The notes beneath the pieces are model-generated. The model saw only the letters and a list, made by a program, of their open reading frames with translations. It searched no databases and had not been told where the DNA came from. Both the position numbers and the translations under genes were made by a program. A DNA stretch of 64,000 bases from Octopus sinensis (Eukaryota): assembly GCF_006345805.1 (NCBI RefSeq), contig NC_043008.1:20460001-20524000 (forward strand). The letters run 5' to 3'. Positions 1-13,331 of this stretch are shown here, piece after piece. Within the stretch, counting starts at the first letter, position 1; every line of letters starts with the position of its first letter.

Positions 1-775
1 TTGGCATAACAGACTGTTGCAACAAGTTCAAGTAAACGGGACCAGTCACAGTAGCATAACAAGAGAATGGTCCAATTAATCCACTTGATGATAAACCACA
101 CCACACAAATATCAAATTAACATGGTGTTTCACCATAACATGCAGATTCTCAGGACCCCAGTAGGTGCAATTGTGGCAGTTAATTGAACCATTTAATTTG
201 AATGTGGCTTCATCACTTCACACAATCTTTGTTGGAAAGTGTGCAGCTTCTACACATCGTTCCAAGTACCACTCGCAATGCTGCACTCTTTCGTCTGGAT
301 CATCATCATTAATAGCATGGACTAATCTTGGAATGTAACTTTTCCATTGACAATGCTTCAAAGTGCATTGGACAGATGATTTTGGAATACCCACCTCATG
401 ACTCGCTTTGCCGCACAGATTTTCTTGGACTTTGGTGTTCCATTTCCAGTACTCCTTGCTTTGTTGGGGTTGTTGATGTTCGGGGTCTTCTGGAATGCTT
501 ATCGTGGACATTCTGAACAGTTCCATCAGCTTCAAACTTATCTCTAATTCAAGTGATAGGGTGTTGCATTGGTGGATCTGTTTGAAACTGCCTCCCCAAT
601 TGTGTTTGCACTTCAACTGCATTTTCACACTTCCAGTATCATTTTAGAATGAATTTTCTTTGTTCAAAGCTTAATCTGACTGCCATCATTAAATCCTATA
701 GGTTTCATCTGGAAAGAAAAAATATCAATTGAGTTATCAGCTGCTAAAGTGTGTATACATTTTTTGGGGACACCA
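1..775 (-). mobile_element. Decayed Tc1/mariner-superfamily transposon (DUF4817-type HTH plus start of DDE domain), running off the window edge
   Basis: Minus-strand ATG at 686 gives [26 protein letters not shown]. After frameshifts it reads ...[25 protein letters not shown]...[15 protein letters not shown] (W->stop in WSDEA). A TIR-like GGTGTCCCCAAAAAATGTATACAC lies at ~750-773. Confidence 0.85.
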
Positions 776-1056
776 TCCGTTCGTGTCCGTTGCCAGCATC
801 GCCTGGCCCCGTGCCGGTGACACGTAAAAGCACCGTCCGTTCGTGGCCGTTTGCCAGCTCTGTCTGGCACATGTGCAGGTGGCACGTAAAAAGCACCCAC
901 TACACTCACGGAGTGGTTGGCGTTAGGAAGGGCATCCAGCCGTAGAAACACTGCCAGATCTGACGAAGCCTTCCAGCTTCACAGACCCCAGTTGAACCGT
1001 CCAACCCATGCTAGCATGGAAAGCGGACGCTAAATGATGATGATGATGATGATGAT
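776..1056 (+). mobile_element. SINE/LINE 3' portion with (GAT)n tail (RTE-type tail)
   Basis: GC-rich body containing GGCGTTAGGAAGGGCATCCAGCCGTAGAAAC, ending in (GAT)n at 1034-1056. Confidence 0.7.
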
Positions 1057-1107
1057 ATATGTACATGAGAAATTATAAGCGCAAGTTATCATTTTCTCCT
1101 CACGTAC

Positions 1108-1278
1108 CTTGCGTTTCTTTGGGACCACTGCTTCATATGTTCTATATGCAATTGGTTGCTTACAACAACGGATCATTTGCTGCCGCTGACATAATGTCAA
1201 GGAATTTTTCCCTGATAATCCATTGTGGTTAAGCGTCCAATTTGCATTTGGTGTATCAAATGCAGGCGTTCCACACAG
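1108..1278 (-). other. Candidate 171-nt exon of an unknown gene (unverified)
   Basis: Acceptor TTTTCAATCTTGCAG and donor CAAG|GTACGT; length is divisible by 3; phase-0 frame is open (LCGTPAFDTPNANW...VVPKKRK). No homology recognised. Confidence 0.25.
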
Positions 1279-1698
1279 CTGCAAGATTGAAAAGTACATA
1301 GTGAGCAAATGTATGCGGGCTCCTGAAATCAGTTGTAGCGGTCGTATATCTAACTGTACATAAGTTATAGTATATATGTACTTAGAGGAAGATATATTGA
1401 TAGATGGATAGATAGAGAGACAGAGAGAGATTGAGAGAGATATTTAAATATATATATATATATTTATATAGATAGGTAGATACATACATACATACATACA
1501 TACATACTTACATACATACACACATACATGCATACATACAGACAAATAGACAAACAGACAAGCAGGCAGGCGTGCAAATAAATAGATTAGACGGATGAAG
1601 AGATAGTTAAAGATGTAGCTAGATAGACAAACACACACCATTAAATTATTTAAAATATCGGATGAGTTTTCAAATAATAAGGCTTCTGTTTTTAACAG

Positions 1699-1797
1699 AT
1701 CCACTAAACACAACGTGGTTTCCTTGTTGGTTGAACTAATTATACAACGGCATGAGGAACCTTTTTTTACATGTTTAAGTGACGTAGAAATTAATCA
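1699..1797 (+). other. Candidate 99-nt exon of an unknown gene (unverified)
   Basis: Acceptor CTTCTGTTTTTAACAG and donor TCA|GTAAGT; symmetric phase 2; open frame STKHNVVSLLVELIIQRHEEPFFTCLSDVEIN. Confidence 0.25.
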
Positions 1798-2090
1798 GTA
1801 AGTTTCTTTCGAATGCCCTTATTGCCTTCGCGTATATTTACTGTACCGTGAAGACAAAAATAGTATTGTCTTATTAATTGAATCATTTACCTGTTCCAGA
1901 TTAAATCTTCTGGTCATATAGTAGCACAGACGTGTAGGGTTTAGTCGATCAAATAAACTATAGTACGTATTTAAGTGTGGTATATTTTTACCGGACATTT
2001 TTTCGAAGCTGTTGAGGTCACAGAGGCGTACGCACACACCAACATCGGTTGTGAAGCAGTGACAAAAATGTATCTGTACGAATACCTACA

Positions 2091-2208
2091 TACGAGCGGG
2101 TGCTGGATAGTTCCTGGCTTTAACGGTATCGCGAAAGGCCTAGTTGAAGAGCTTTGAAAAGGGGCGTAAATCTGAGAAGGAAATATGTTGAATAAAGTTA
2201 TAATTAAC
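2091..2208 (+). mobile_element. Mariner-derived MITE fragment
   Basis: Begins TACGAGCGGGTGCTGGATAGTTCCTGGCTTT (mariner-like TIR) and carries a transposase C-terminal remnant (VNLRRKYVE*). Cut off by the adjacent SINE. Confidence 0.55.
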
Positions 2209-2211
2209 TTT

Positions 2212-2489
2212 TTGTTGGTTGTTTGTTTCCTTCTCGAGCCATGCCTGGCTCATAAGGGCCGGTTTCCCGGTTTCCTGTCCGTCGCAGGTGAGTTGCAAGA
2301 TGCAGGAGGAAAGAGTGAGAGAAAGTTGTGGGGAAAGAGTCAGCAGAAGTTCGCCATTACCTTCTGTCGGAGCAGCGTTGAGCTTAGGTGTTTCGCTCAT
2401 AAACACAAACACCGCCCGGTCTGAGATTCGAACCCGCGATGCCTCGACCGCGAGTCCGCTACTCTAACCACTTGGCCATGTGCCTCCAC
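2212..2489 (-). mobile_element. tRNA(Arg)-derived SINE, family A variant
   Basis: A box TGGCCAAGTGG, GACTCGCGGTC anticodon-like loop and B box GGGTTCGAATC; body shared with the 34197 and 59575 copies. Confidence 0.85.
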
Positions 2490-3395
2490 TATTATAATTA
2501 ACTGGTCATCCTGTATTTCATTTTATCCAAAAGCAGGAAAGTGTCAGCCTCCCCTCCTTCACACATAACCGTATACATTCGCACACATACACAAATGCAT
2601 ACATGGCAGGATTCGCCGTGTTTCTGTCTACCAAATTCACTAAGTCATTGATCTTGGGACAATAGCAGAAGAGACTTGTTAACTTGCAGCACAGTAGAAC
2701 CGAAACCGATATCACATTGTTGTGAAGCCGACTTTGTTTAGCAAATAATTAGTGTTGTATATTTGAAGTGAATTAACATGCTGTAATTTTATACATTTCT
2801 ATACATTTTATACATTTCTATATACATGGATTACATCTACGGAATAACAAAATCAAACCGCTATTTATTAAGACTCTGAACTGCACGAAATGAACTAACG
2901 AATCTGTAAGCAATGGCAACCAATTAAACAGGAAACGAGTTCTACATACAATTGCTGCATTGTTCATCCATAAATAGAATTATATTAAATCGCAATATAG
3001 CGATCCATCCAAACCTAGGTCGTGATGGCTAAAACGAATTTAAAGGAATGGAAACATACATGGGAAAAAAAAACATTATGTGAAAAACGTTCAACAGAGA
3101 CCGAAGTAATTGTATGCAGCGTTCTATGACTACAGTGAAAAGTTTATTCTGTGATTAACACTATTAAAATTACCGTTCTGTTTAAACAGGTATTTCTTTA
3201 GAAATGCTACATGTAATTCCTATTATTTGAAACAGTGGATAAACAAACTCGCTTTCACATGTAGAATGAATGCATAAACATGTATTTATACATGCACTTA
3301 AGCGCTTATATGTGTATATATACATATGAAAATACATACAGACGGATATTCACAGACACACACATATTAGTGTTCAAATGATCTGAAATTAAACA

Positions 3396-3545
3396 GTGTT
3401 ATTGGAGGCTCAAGAAAGGAAAGAAATAAAAGAGAATTTCACGTTTCGGGCGGAGCACTTCGTCAGAAATACAGAAAAGGTCCAAAGAAGGGAAGACGGA
3501 GAAATAAAATCGCCAACGGTACACATGCGGTCACATATTGAATAT
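3396..3545 (-). mobile_element. Penelope-like terminal-repeat fragment with a degenerate hammerhead motif
   Basis: Minus strand 3466-3440 reads ATTT-CTGACGA-A-GTGC-TCC-GCCC-GAAAC-GTG-AAAT. Stem I pairs 4 bp, but the cleavage nucleotide is G. Confidence 0.55.
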
Positions 3546-3559
3546 ATATATATATTCAC

Positions 3560-3654
<95 letters not shown>

Positions 3655-3886
3655 ATATATATATACAATAAGAGGCTTCTAAATAGGAAAGCGTTGTGCT
3701 ATTTGGAAGTCTCTTATTGTATTTCTATATGAATAATATATAGTCTAATGACTAATTCATTTTTTGTGCTAGGTCACTGGTAATAATAATTTATTATTAC
3801 CCTATTTTATTATATATAGATATAGATATTCACACACACACACATATATATATATATATGTATATATATATAATATATATACATAC

Positions 3887-3931
<45 letters not shown>

Positions 3932-3932
3932 A

Positions 3933-3974
<42 letters not shown>

Positions 3975-4766
3975 TATATATTATATATATATATATAGAT
4001 ATACACACACTTGATAGCAAATGTTAATGTTAAATACTAAATGTTAATATTAACTTTCCAACCTCCATTCTCTTTCTCTTCTTTGATATATACATACACA
4101 CACACACACATCTACATACATACACACATATACATACCTACATACAATCACCACATTTGTGTTGGTGACGTTTATCCAAATATTGTACTTATCTTCACCA
4201 TAGTGGGTGATCCAGCGAGACATACTTAACAAAAGTAAACGACTGTGCTGTCAGAAGAAGCAGTATTATTCTTTCTGACATTCTATGAACTCGGTTTGAG
4301 AATTAGAAAGTGTTATAAAGAAAGACTAAAGGAAAGAAACAAGAAGACAAAGATATTTTTACGTAAAAGTTATTCCCAAATGATGCACTTCAGAAATACA
4401 TCAAATATTTATGAAAGGAAACGAGGCAGATGCGTCAAGTGGTGCAGATATGGCTGGCGAATAAAAGGGGAAAATAAAACAATACTTTTAATGTGATAAA
4501 TATTTTAAATTGCAGCATCTTAGAATCTCCGTAGGGAATAAATGAAGTTTGAAGGCATTGCATGAGAGAAAGGAATTACATTTAAAAAATTTTTAGCAAT
4601 CATTGCTGTAGTCGAATATAATTAAATCCTTGGAAAAGAAACAACGAATAATTGTTTGTAGAGACAAAACAATTTATTAATGGTAATAATGGAACTCTTT
4701 AAACTTTTATTATTTACTATATATGTAAAATTTATGTTATTATATTTCGAAATGGTATTTTGTCTT

Positions 4767-4809
<43 letters not shown>

Positions 4810-5062
4810 TTTTGCCCGATAAACAAAGACACTATACATTCGCTTTTCACTTCACACATATTGTTATTTGATATTCTTCGTTAGGAAATCTTTCGCTATA
4901 TATCCTGTGACCTTTTCATCGACTCTCCATGCCACGTATATCCTCTTGTTCTCGTTAGTCCATTCTGTCTTTCTAAAAATTAGGTATTTTCGAAAGTCAA
5001 TATTCAGGCAAAAAATAATATACTCCTTATGGCTTTTTCTCCCTTGAAAATGAACAAAATTT

Positions 5063-5575
5063 GGCGTCATTATCAATTACATGAAGAAAGTGCTTTAGCT
5101 CCCAAGCACCATTAATGCTGACATGGTTGCTACGTTAATAGATGACGGTCTAGCCTTATCAACGTGCATAAAAGGGCAACCGAATTTAGGAGAAGGAAAG
5201 AAAGTTTTGAAGATGACCCCAGGTCTAGACAGCCTGTCACTGCTACCACCGGGAAACCATTGATCGTGGTGACCACATGGTGATGGATGAGAGGCAATTG
5301 ACTATATCAAATAGACTATGATATTTGCATACCCCGTAAGAGAGTTGAGAATATTATGCACAATAAATTTTGCATGACGATGGTTTCTGCTCTGTGGTGC
5401 CACGTATTCTGACACCTGATCGAAATCGCACCAGGCTGATCCTATTATGGGAACATCTGACATTGTTTCAGGAGTATCCAGCTGGTTTCCCTGAATGTAT
5501 TCTAACACAGAAAAAGAGACAATTCATGCAGTAATCCCAGCCCCCTTGCCTGCTCTAAAGATGCCCAAGTTCGTT
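5063..5575 (+). mobile_element. Decayed mariner transposase fragment (N-terminal HTH to WVPR motif)
   Basis: Frameshifted translation gives EFRRRKESFEDDPRSRQPVTATT, MVMDERQLTI, RVENIMHNK and WVPRILTPDRNRTRL-like segments. Confidence 0.8.
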
Positions 5576-6165
5576 TGTGATAGAGGGGCCAAGGTATGTA
5601 CCATCAGAAGTTCAGCTGCCCTGCTGATATAAATATCCCTTTGAAAATCAAATAAAAAGAGAATATATATGAACAGCTATTTTTAAACCTCCACCTTCTG
5701 TATCCAGATCATGAATTCATATTCATACCAATAATAATTGAAGAACTGTGCTTAAAGGAGAATCTGGACAAAAGGGTTTTTAGAAAGAGAAATCGACCAG
5801 TTAATTCGTACATTACAAGTGCAGTCTGTGAGTGGAACAGTAAAAATATGCAAGACTTTCCAAATTTGAATATGTCTGTGTTAACTACAACCCAAAGATA
5901 AAGCTGTGTACCTTTGTTGGGAACACGGCTCCCTCCCCAGTGGAAGATTTATAATAATTAAAAAATAGAAGAAACATACATACATACATACATACATACA
6001 AAGAGACAGACAGGCATATATAAAGCATGAGCAGAACCTGAAAGTTTGCTTTAAGATAGATGGCGTATTTTATAAATATACCTGTTCAAGTATCATAAAA
6101 GTATGAAACTAGTATTAGTTCTTTCGAGTGAGTATTTAAGTGGCATATCTCATAATACATACATG

Positions 6166-6205
<40 letters not shown>

Positions 6206-6260
6206 TGTGTGTGAATATGTGTGTATGTATGTGTGTGTATGTGTGCGTGTGTATGTGTGT

Positions 6261-6291
<31 letters not shown>

Positions 6292-8798
6292 CTCCTCGAC
6301 TTACAGGTAATATGTCGAAATGGTCCTTACTTTGCGTTCAATGTTTTCTAAGGCAGGGCTGTGTAAACACGTTTATTTCTTTGGTACACCCTGCTCCTAT
6401 TACATTATATTTTTCCATTTTCTCATTTATTCTGTAATCCGTTGTATTTTTTGGTTTCAATACCGCACAAAGTTTGTACATTAAAACGAAACAATTGATA
6501 ATAACACAGAAAATACCAGTATATTTTACGATGGGAATTTTAAAAATAAAAACAAGTGCATTGATTGTCAAGCATACATTATTAATAAAAAAATCCTATA
6601 ATAGTTGCATATAAAAGAAAGTATATTAAACAGAATAAAATTTTATAACTGCGAATGGCACAAGTCGAATAGGTCTTACATCAGTGAATGCCAGTAGAGG
6701 CTTTGCACAACAATGAAAAGCATAAAACTGAACCAGAATAAAATGCTGTATTTCTCTACCTGTTGACATTATTGTATTATATCTGCAACAATGACAGAAG
6801 AATATAAAAGAGAGAGAGAGAGAGAGGGTGGGGTGGACAGAGGGATAAGAAGATAGAATGAGATTAATTCAGAGTATATAGCTGGAGAAATAAATGGAGG
6901 ACGGTAGAATTGATGGGAAAGCAATAGAAGATGCGCAGATGGTGTGGAATTGAAAGACATGCCTCTTTTATATTCGCTTATAAAAACGCTTCATAAAATA
7001 ATGTTCCGAACAGCCATGTCTAAACCAGTTAAACAAAGACAGACACATTGTCTCCATGACAACAGAACTATCTATACAATCGTACTGTTATTGTATTTGC
7101 TTTTGTCATTGTTACTTTTGTTACTAAAGTCCAGGGCAAATCTAATCGGATATACCTTTGTCTAAACACATTCCAAGTGTGTATAATTTCAGGTACGGGA
7201 CACACATACACACACATACACACACACTCATGCACCGACACTATTCAATATGTCTTTCGTTTCTATGATTGCCCTATTACATAATTTGAGCATGATTTCC
7301 GGGATTTTTCTACTAGAAAAATTGATAATATTAAATTAAATAACGATAAAGTTGCAATTGTCAATTCAGCTTGTAGTAGTGTTCTTCCAGGGACAGTTTC
7401 TTCGAAACTAGATGCTAGGTGCTTACCAATAACCTTGCGGTCTTGTAACATAGAGTACCAATAGATAATTCTCTGGAGGCGTGTGGATTAGAGATTAGGG
7501 TTTGGGACTCATGATTGTATGATTGTTTTTTCGATTCCTGTGCTGTGCGATGTTTAATATCCTTGAGTGAAATTCTTCACTTCACGTTGGTCCAATTCAC
7601 ACAGTTGACAAAAATTAGTAATCTTACAACATACCGCTGTTCAATCTCGGGCGGAGTATAAACGCCAGAGAATCGTTCCACCTATTCATTCACCAGGAAA
7701 ATATAAATACAGGAAAATGTAATACTGTATCAGACATGCACAGAATTCTACGGACAGTGTAACCTAACAACATTTGAACATAACCAAAGAGAAGCTGTAA
7801 TTGCGTCTGCTACAGAAGAATTGCAGTTTATTATCTCACATTTTTCATACAAACAATGACACCAACTTATACACGCAGGCACAAACACAGCATCTTTTAA
7901 TTGCATATAGTCTTCCGAGCGAGATCTGATTATATTCTTTGACAAATTTCTCATGTAGCTTCATAAATGATCGTGATGCGCTGCTCCAAATTTTACAGCT
8001 ACATTCAAATTGTGTGTTCGTCAAGGGAATCCTGCTCTTAGCATTTTATGCATCATATGATTGAGATGTAACTATTTAACCTATACGTAGAGATTATATG
8101 ACAATGCAATTCAGCCTAGTGTTTGTCAATTAACTTCGTTAATTTTATGCAGAAATTACGTCCGATATATTGTATTGTCTCAATACTGATTTTAACCATG
8201 TAATATGTTTCGTCTATTTACAAAGAAATGTTAAAGCAACCCTAATTAGAGAATATGTAGAAATAATCAGGAATGCTGTGAACTGAATACATGTGTATAT
8301 GAAGGCCGCTTTGGCTGTGCAGATTCAATTTCGTGTATTATCAGAATATGTTAGATTTTGTCGACTAATCTTCGAGAAACATTTATTACTATTGCCTGAG
8401 GTCAAATGAAGATTTCGGTATGGAATTATGACACCGAAATCGAACAGCCGTCTGCTGGATACATTGCACGTGTAATGAAAAACCGGCTGGCTTTTTCTCA
8501 CACAACGTCGCCACGGCTTTGTTTTCAAAATTACGTTATATGTCCATATGTCTGTGGAATTCTCAGGAATTCAACAGAATGACTTGTCACTTAGGTGCAA
8601 CGAAAAACTGAAATCCGTTTCGTAGAAATCATCAGAATGTGAACAATTTTTTATGCGTATTCACATAAAAGTATTAATATATATACACCTGCACACAATA
8701 TATATACACATTCATACAGGCACGCACACAAGTTTAAAAGACTTGATAATTTCCCTCAGTTAAAGGATGTATTTGAACATGGATGTATATATATATAT

Positions 8799-8845
<47 letters not shown>

Positions 8846-8939
8846 TATAATAACAAATGATAACATTAATTAATCAGTAATTTCAGCAAGTAGAATTCGG
8901 CATGAATTCTTTGCTGAACCCTGATTATATAGTATTACT

Positions 8940-8971
<32 letters not shown>

Positions 8972-10122
8972 ATATTAATTAGAGACAAAACCACTATTTG
9001 GATTTATTCCCTAATATTTATTATATATATATATAATATATATATATAATATATATATAATATATATATACATAAATATTAATATATATATAATATAGTA
9101 TATATATATACATGCATATTTTACACACACATATATATAAGCATATGCATATGTATTTATATACACATATATATATATGTATGTAGATATGTAGATTTGT
9201 GTGTGATGTGTGCGTTTGTGTTTAGCTTTTGGTATGTATGTATGTGTATACGTGAATGGTGAACAGCGATAATGTGTCTTTAACACCATGTTAGGGGATA
9301 AATACTTTATTTGTTCGAGGATTTTCGAGATTACCTCAGGTTTCATGTGTTGCATTTCAGAATTCTCTCTTCAGAAATATCCTGGCATTGCGTATTTTCT
9401 TTTGCAGTTGCCTTCGTGATATTTCAGGCGTCTTCAAACGTTAACAGGTGCTGCAAAGTGAGATATGCAAAAATACAAAACGGTCGATGTCGGGAACTCA
9501 GGAACTCGCGGCTTTTGTTATTTCTCTCAGGTTAAATTTGGGTCTTAGAAAACGTGGTAAAATATCCGCGCGCATATTTTCCTGTGCGATTGACAGCTTA
9601 TGGTTCATATAATCGTGCAGTAAATGCAAAAAACCCCCGTGCAAACTTATAGGGAATATGCATTTGCATTGAAATGTCATGTAAGCATGTGTATTACAGA
9701 ATCTACATCCATTTAAATATGTTCATAGTGCATACGCATATCTGGAATTTCATATATGAATATATACGAAACTTTACATAAATATATACATATATAAACA
9801 TATTACATATACTATAAGGACAGAAATATACATATACGCACAGATGTATGCATATGTATTATGTAATATGCGAAAAGAAGGCCCATGTATACATACATTC
9901 CAGCCTATATTTATGATTAAACCCATGGATAAACACGCACACACACATACACACACACACAAACATACGTATACATACGGCTGGACTTGTATACAAATGT
10001 ACTTATCTACGCTTACTTATATACATATATGTGTGTATGTTGGTCTATAACCCTATGCCATTGTCGCAAATCCCAAAAGAAAGAACAAAAGATATACGTA
10101 GATAACAAAATATATACGGTTG

Positions 10123-10295
10123 ACAACTAGTGGTGATGTATTTGCGTCCCCGTCACGTTGCGGTTTGGCAAAAGATATTGATAGAATAAGTAGCAAGTTT
10201 TGAACAAAAGAAGTATTGGGATCGATTCATTCGACTTCAAAGCGGTGCCCCAGCGTCGCTGCAGTCTAATGACTGAAAGAAGTAAACGATAAAAG
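10123..10295 (+). mobile_element. Old 3' fragment of SINE family B
   Basis: Diverged match to the tail of the 62588-63050 copy (GCGGTTTGGCAAAAG...GATAGAATAAGTA...AATGACTGAAAGAAGTAA). Confidence 0.7.
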
Positions 10296-10317
10296 GTATA
10301 AAATAAATAAAAATAAA

Positions 10318-10521
10318 TGCGCCCTTTTAAAGCCTAGCCAGGCCCATAGACCCGGTTTCAATGGCATATGAGTTCTCCAGCTGCATAGTGGACTGCATAG
10401 TGGACTGGAGCAACGTTTAATGAAGTGTTTTGCGCAAGAACACAACGCGTTGCCCGGTCCAGGAATCGAAACCACGATCTTACGATCATGATGCTCTAAC
10501 CACCAGGCCACGTACCTCCAC
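10318..10521 (-). mobile_element. tRNA-headed CORE-type SINE
   Basis: A box TGGCCTGGTGG, B box GGTTTCGATTCC and CORE-like TTGTGTTCTTGCGCAAAACACTTCA; internal 12-bp duplication TGCATAGTGGAC. Confidence 0.75.
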
Positions 10522-10844
10522 ATGAAAGATATACAAATATATATATATATATACATATATACACACACACACACAGAGGGATACATATATACGTGCACGC
10601 GCATATATACACACACTCACACGCACACACACTCATTGCAGGCTTTCCTAGATGTACTCGTTAATTGAATGTTATTTAGTAGAGAATCATATATTTGTTT
10701 TCTTTTTGTTGTTCTGCGTTTTCCGTAAAGAATACCATCGGTTGATGGAGGGTTCTAATAAGTTGATCACAATTTCAATATATTGCTACATGTCTTAGTG
10801 TTCGGCTTAATTTGTAGCTCAAAGCTAGCAGTCCCGACAGAAGG

Positions 10845-11018
10845 GACCATAAGTCGATTACATCAACCTCATTGCATAACTGGTACTTATTTTATCGATC
10901 CAGAAGGAATGAAATGGGATGTCAACCTCATTAGAATTTCACCTCAAGGTTTAAAGACGGACTTAGCGTTGCAAAGCATTTTGCTACGCGCAGTAACAAT
11001 TTTGCCAACACACCGCCT
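10845..11018 (-). mobile_element. Old SINE family C copy
   Basis: Diverged match to the 13459-13693 copy, including the GATAAAATAAGTACCAG central motif. Confidence 0.7.
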
Positions 11019-11355
11019 TTATGTGTTTCAAACATTGCTTAAAAAAAAGACTGCATAGAAAAAAAAAATCACGATTCAACGCAGGCAATAATTTATCATC
11101 TCATCAGAAGTTGTAATGAGAAATTTTCTGAACACAACTGCAGAAGACGTGACATGTAAGAGCAGTATGTAAGGTTAACCTTATGTAATAGTTTTGTGTT
11201 TGCTACAGAAGTGACTAAAGACAACTTAAAATATATTATCCAACATATATACATACATACACACGTATATACATACACACAGACACACAGACATATGTAT
11301 ACATACATATATACATATATGTGTGCCTGTCTATATATGTATTTATCTATGTGTT

Positions 11356-11400
<45 letters not shown>

Positions 11401-11619
11401 TTGTGTGTGTGTGTGTGTGTGTGTATGTATAACTTGCACCGCTCTCCTCCCAAGGAAAATATTCGAGCTTTGTTATATTTCTCATATTGAACAATAGTTA
11501 CTTTACATCATCATATATTACCTACTATAGAACTTTCTGAGTTTATTATTGTCCCCAAATATAAATATTTAAGTATTTGTTTTCGTGTTCCTATAAATAA
11601 AAGTAACACCCATAGTAAT

Positions 11620-11655
11620 AACAACAACAACAATAATAATAATAATAATAATAAT

Positions 11656-11695
<40 letters not shown>

Positions 11696-11808
11696 GTAGT
11701 AGTAGTAATAATAATAATAGTAATAATAATAATAGTAGTAATAATAATAATAATAATGATAATAATAATAATAATAATAATAATAATAGTAATAAAAATA
11801 GTAATAAT

Positions 11809-11857
<49 letters not shown>

Positions 11858-12172
11858 TTTTTGCTCATATCCTACGCAAAATACTGTCTATGTAATCTCA
11901 AGTTCTAAAACAAACATAATATTCTTATGGTTTCTTAAACATTGTCTAGAACAACACTATATACAAAACCAAATATATGGCGCGCTAGGCATAACACCAA
12001 CATGAACCTCTTAAGGTCTCTCGGTGAGACTTGGAACCAATTTGTACAAATGTGAAGCAAAAGTAAAGCATAAAATAATAATAATATTGATGATAATAAT
12101 AATAATAATAATAATAATAATATAATAATAATAATAATAACAACAGCAACAACACTAATTATAATAATAATA

Positions 12173-12205
<33 letters not shown>

Positions 12206-12330
12206 TAATAATAATAAAATAATAATAATAATAATAATATAAATAATAATAATAATAATATAACACCAGCACAACACAATTATAATAATAATAATAATAA
12301 TAATAAGGATAATAATAATAATAATAATAA

Positions 12331-12364
<34 letters not shown>

Positions 12365-12454
12365 AATAATATAATAAAATAATAATAACAACAGCACCAA
12401 CACTACTTATAATAATAATAAAATAATAATAACAACAGCAAAAACAACACTAAT

Positions 12455-12507
<53 letters not shown>

Positions 12508-12524
12508 CAGCAACAACACTAATT

Positions 12525-12556
<32 letters not shown>

Positions 12557-12641
12557 TAATAATAATAATGATAATAATAATAATAATAATATAACTAATA
12601 AAATAATAATAATAATAATAATGATAATAAAATAATAAGAA

Positions 12642-12681
<40 letters not shown>

Positions 12682-12735
12682 TAATATATAATAATAATAA
12701 CAACAGCAACAACACTAATTATAATAATAATAATC

Positions 12736-12772
<37 letters not shown>

Positions 12773-13247
12773 TAATAATAATAATAATAATAATAATAAT
12801 CATAATAATAATATTAATAATAAGTAATAATAAAATAATAATAATAATAATAGTAGTAGTAGTAATAATAATAATAGTAATAATAATAATAGTAGTAATC
12901 ATAATAATAATAATGATAATAATAATAATAATAATAATAATAATAGTAATAAAAATAGTAATAATATTAATAATAATAATAAAATAATAATAATAATATA
13001 ATAATAATAATATTTTTGCTCATTATCCTACGCAAAATACTGTCTATGTAATCTCAAGTTCTAAAACAAACATAATATTCTTATGGTTTCTTAAACATGT
13101 CTAGAACAACACTATATACAAAACCAAATATATGGCGCGCTAGGCATAACACCAACATGAACCTCTTAAGGTCTATCGGTGAGACTTGGAACCAATTTGT
13201 ACAAATGTGAAGCAAAAGTAAAGCATAAAATAATAATAATATTGATG

Positions 13248-13330
<83 letters not shown>
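11620..13330. repeat. ~1.7-kb (AAT)n-based compound satellite with an internal tandem duplication
   Basis: (AAT)n with recurring AACAGCAACAACACTAATT islands. A unique ~240-bp block occurs at 11858-12095 and again at 13013-13250. Confidence 0.95.

Positions 13331-13331
<1 letters not shown>

Noticed and set aside
7263-7474. Minus ORF with a hydrophobic stretch (IATLSLFNLILSIFLV) as a last exon
   Set aside because: No recognisable homology, and hydrophobic ORFs are common in T-rich sequence.
8605-8636. CTGATGA-TTTCTAC-GAAAC on the minus strand
   Set aside because: No stem II pairing and no NUH or stem I support; consistent with chance.
9330-9445. Minus-strand segment bounded by good splice sites
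   Set aside because: All three frames contain stops and there is no supporting evidence.
11620-13330. Repeat-spacer pattern as a CRISPR-like array
   Set aside because: The context is eukaryotic, the 'spacers' are (AAT)n rather than unique sequence, and no cas genes are present.
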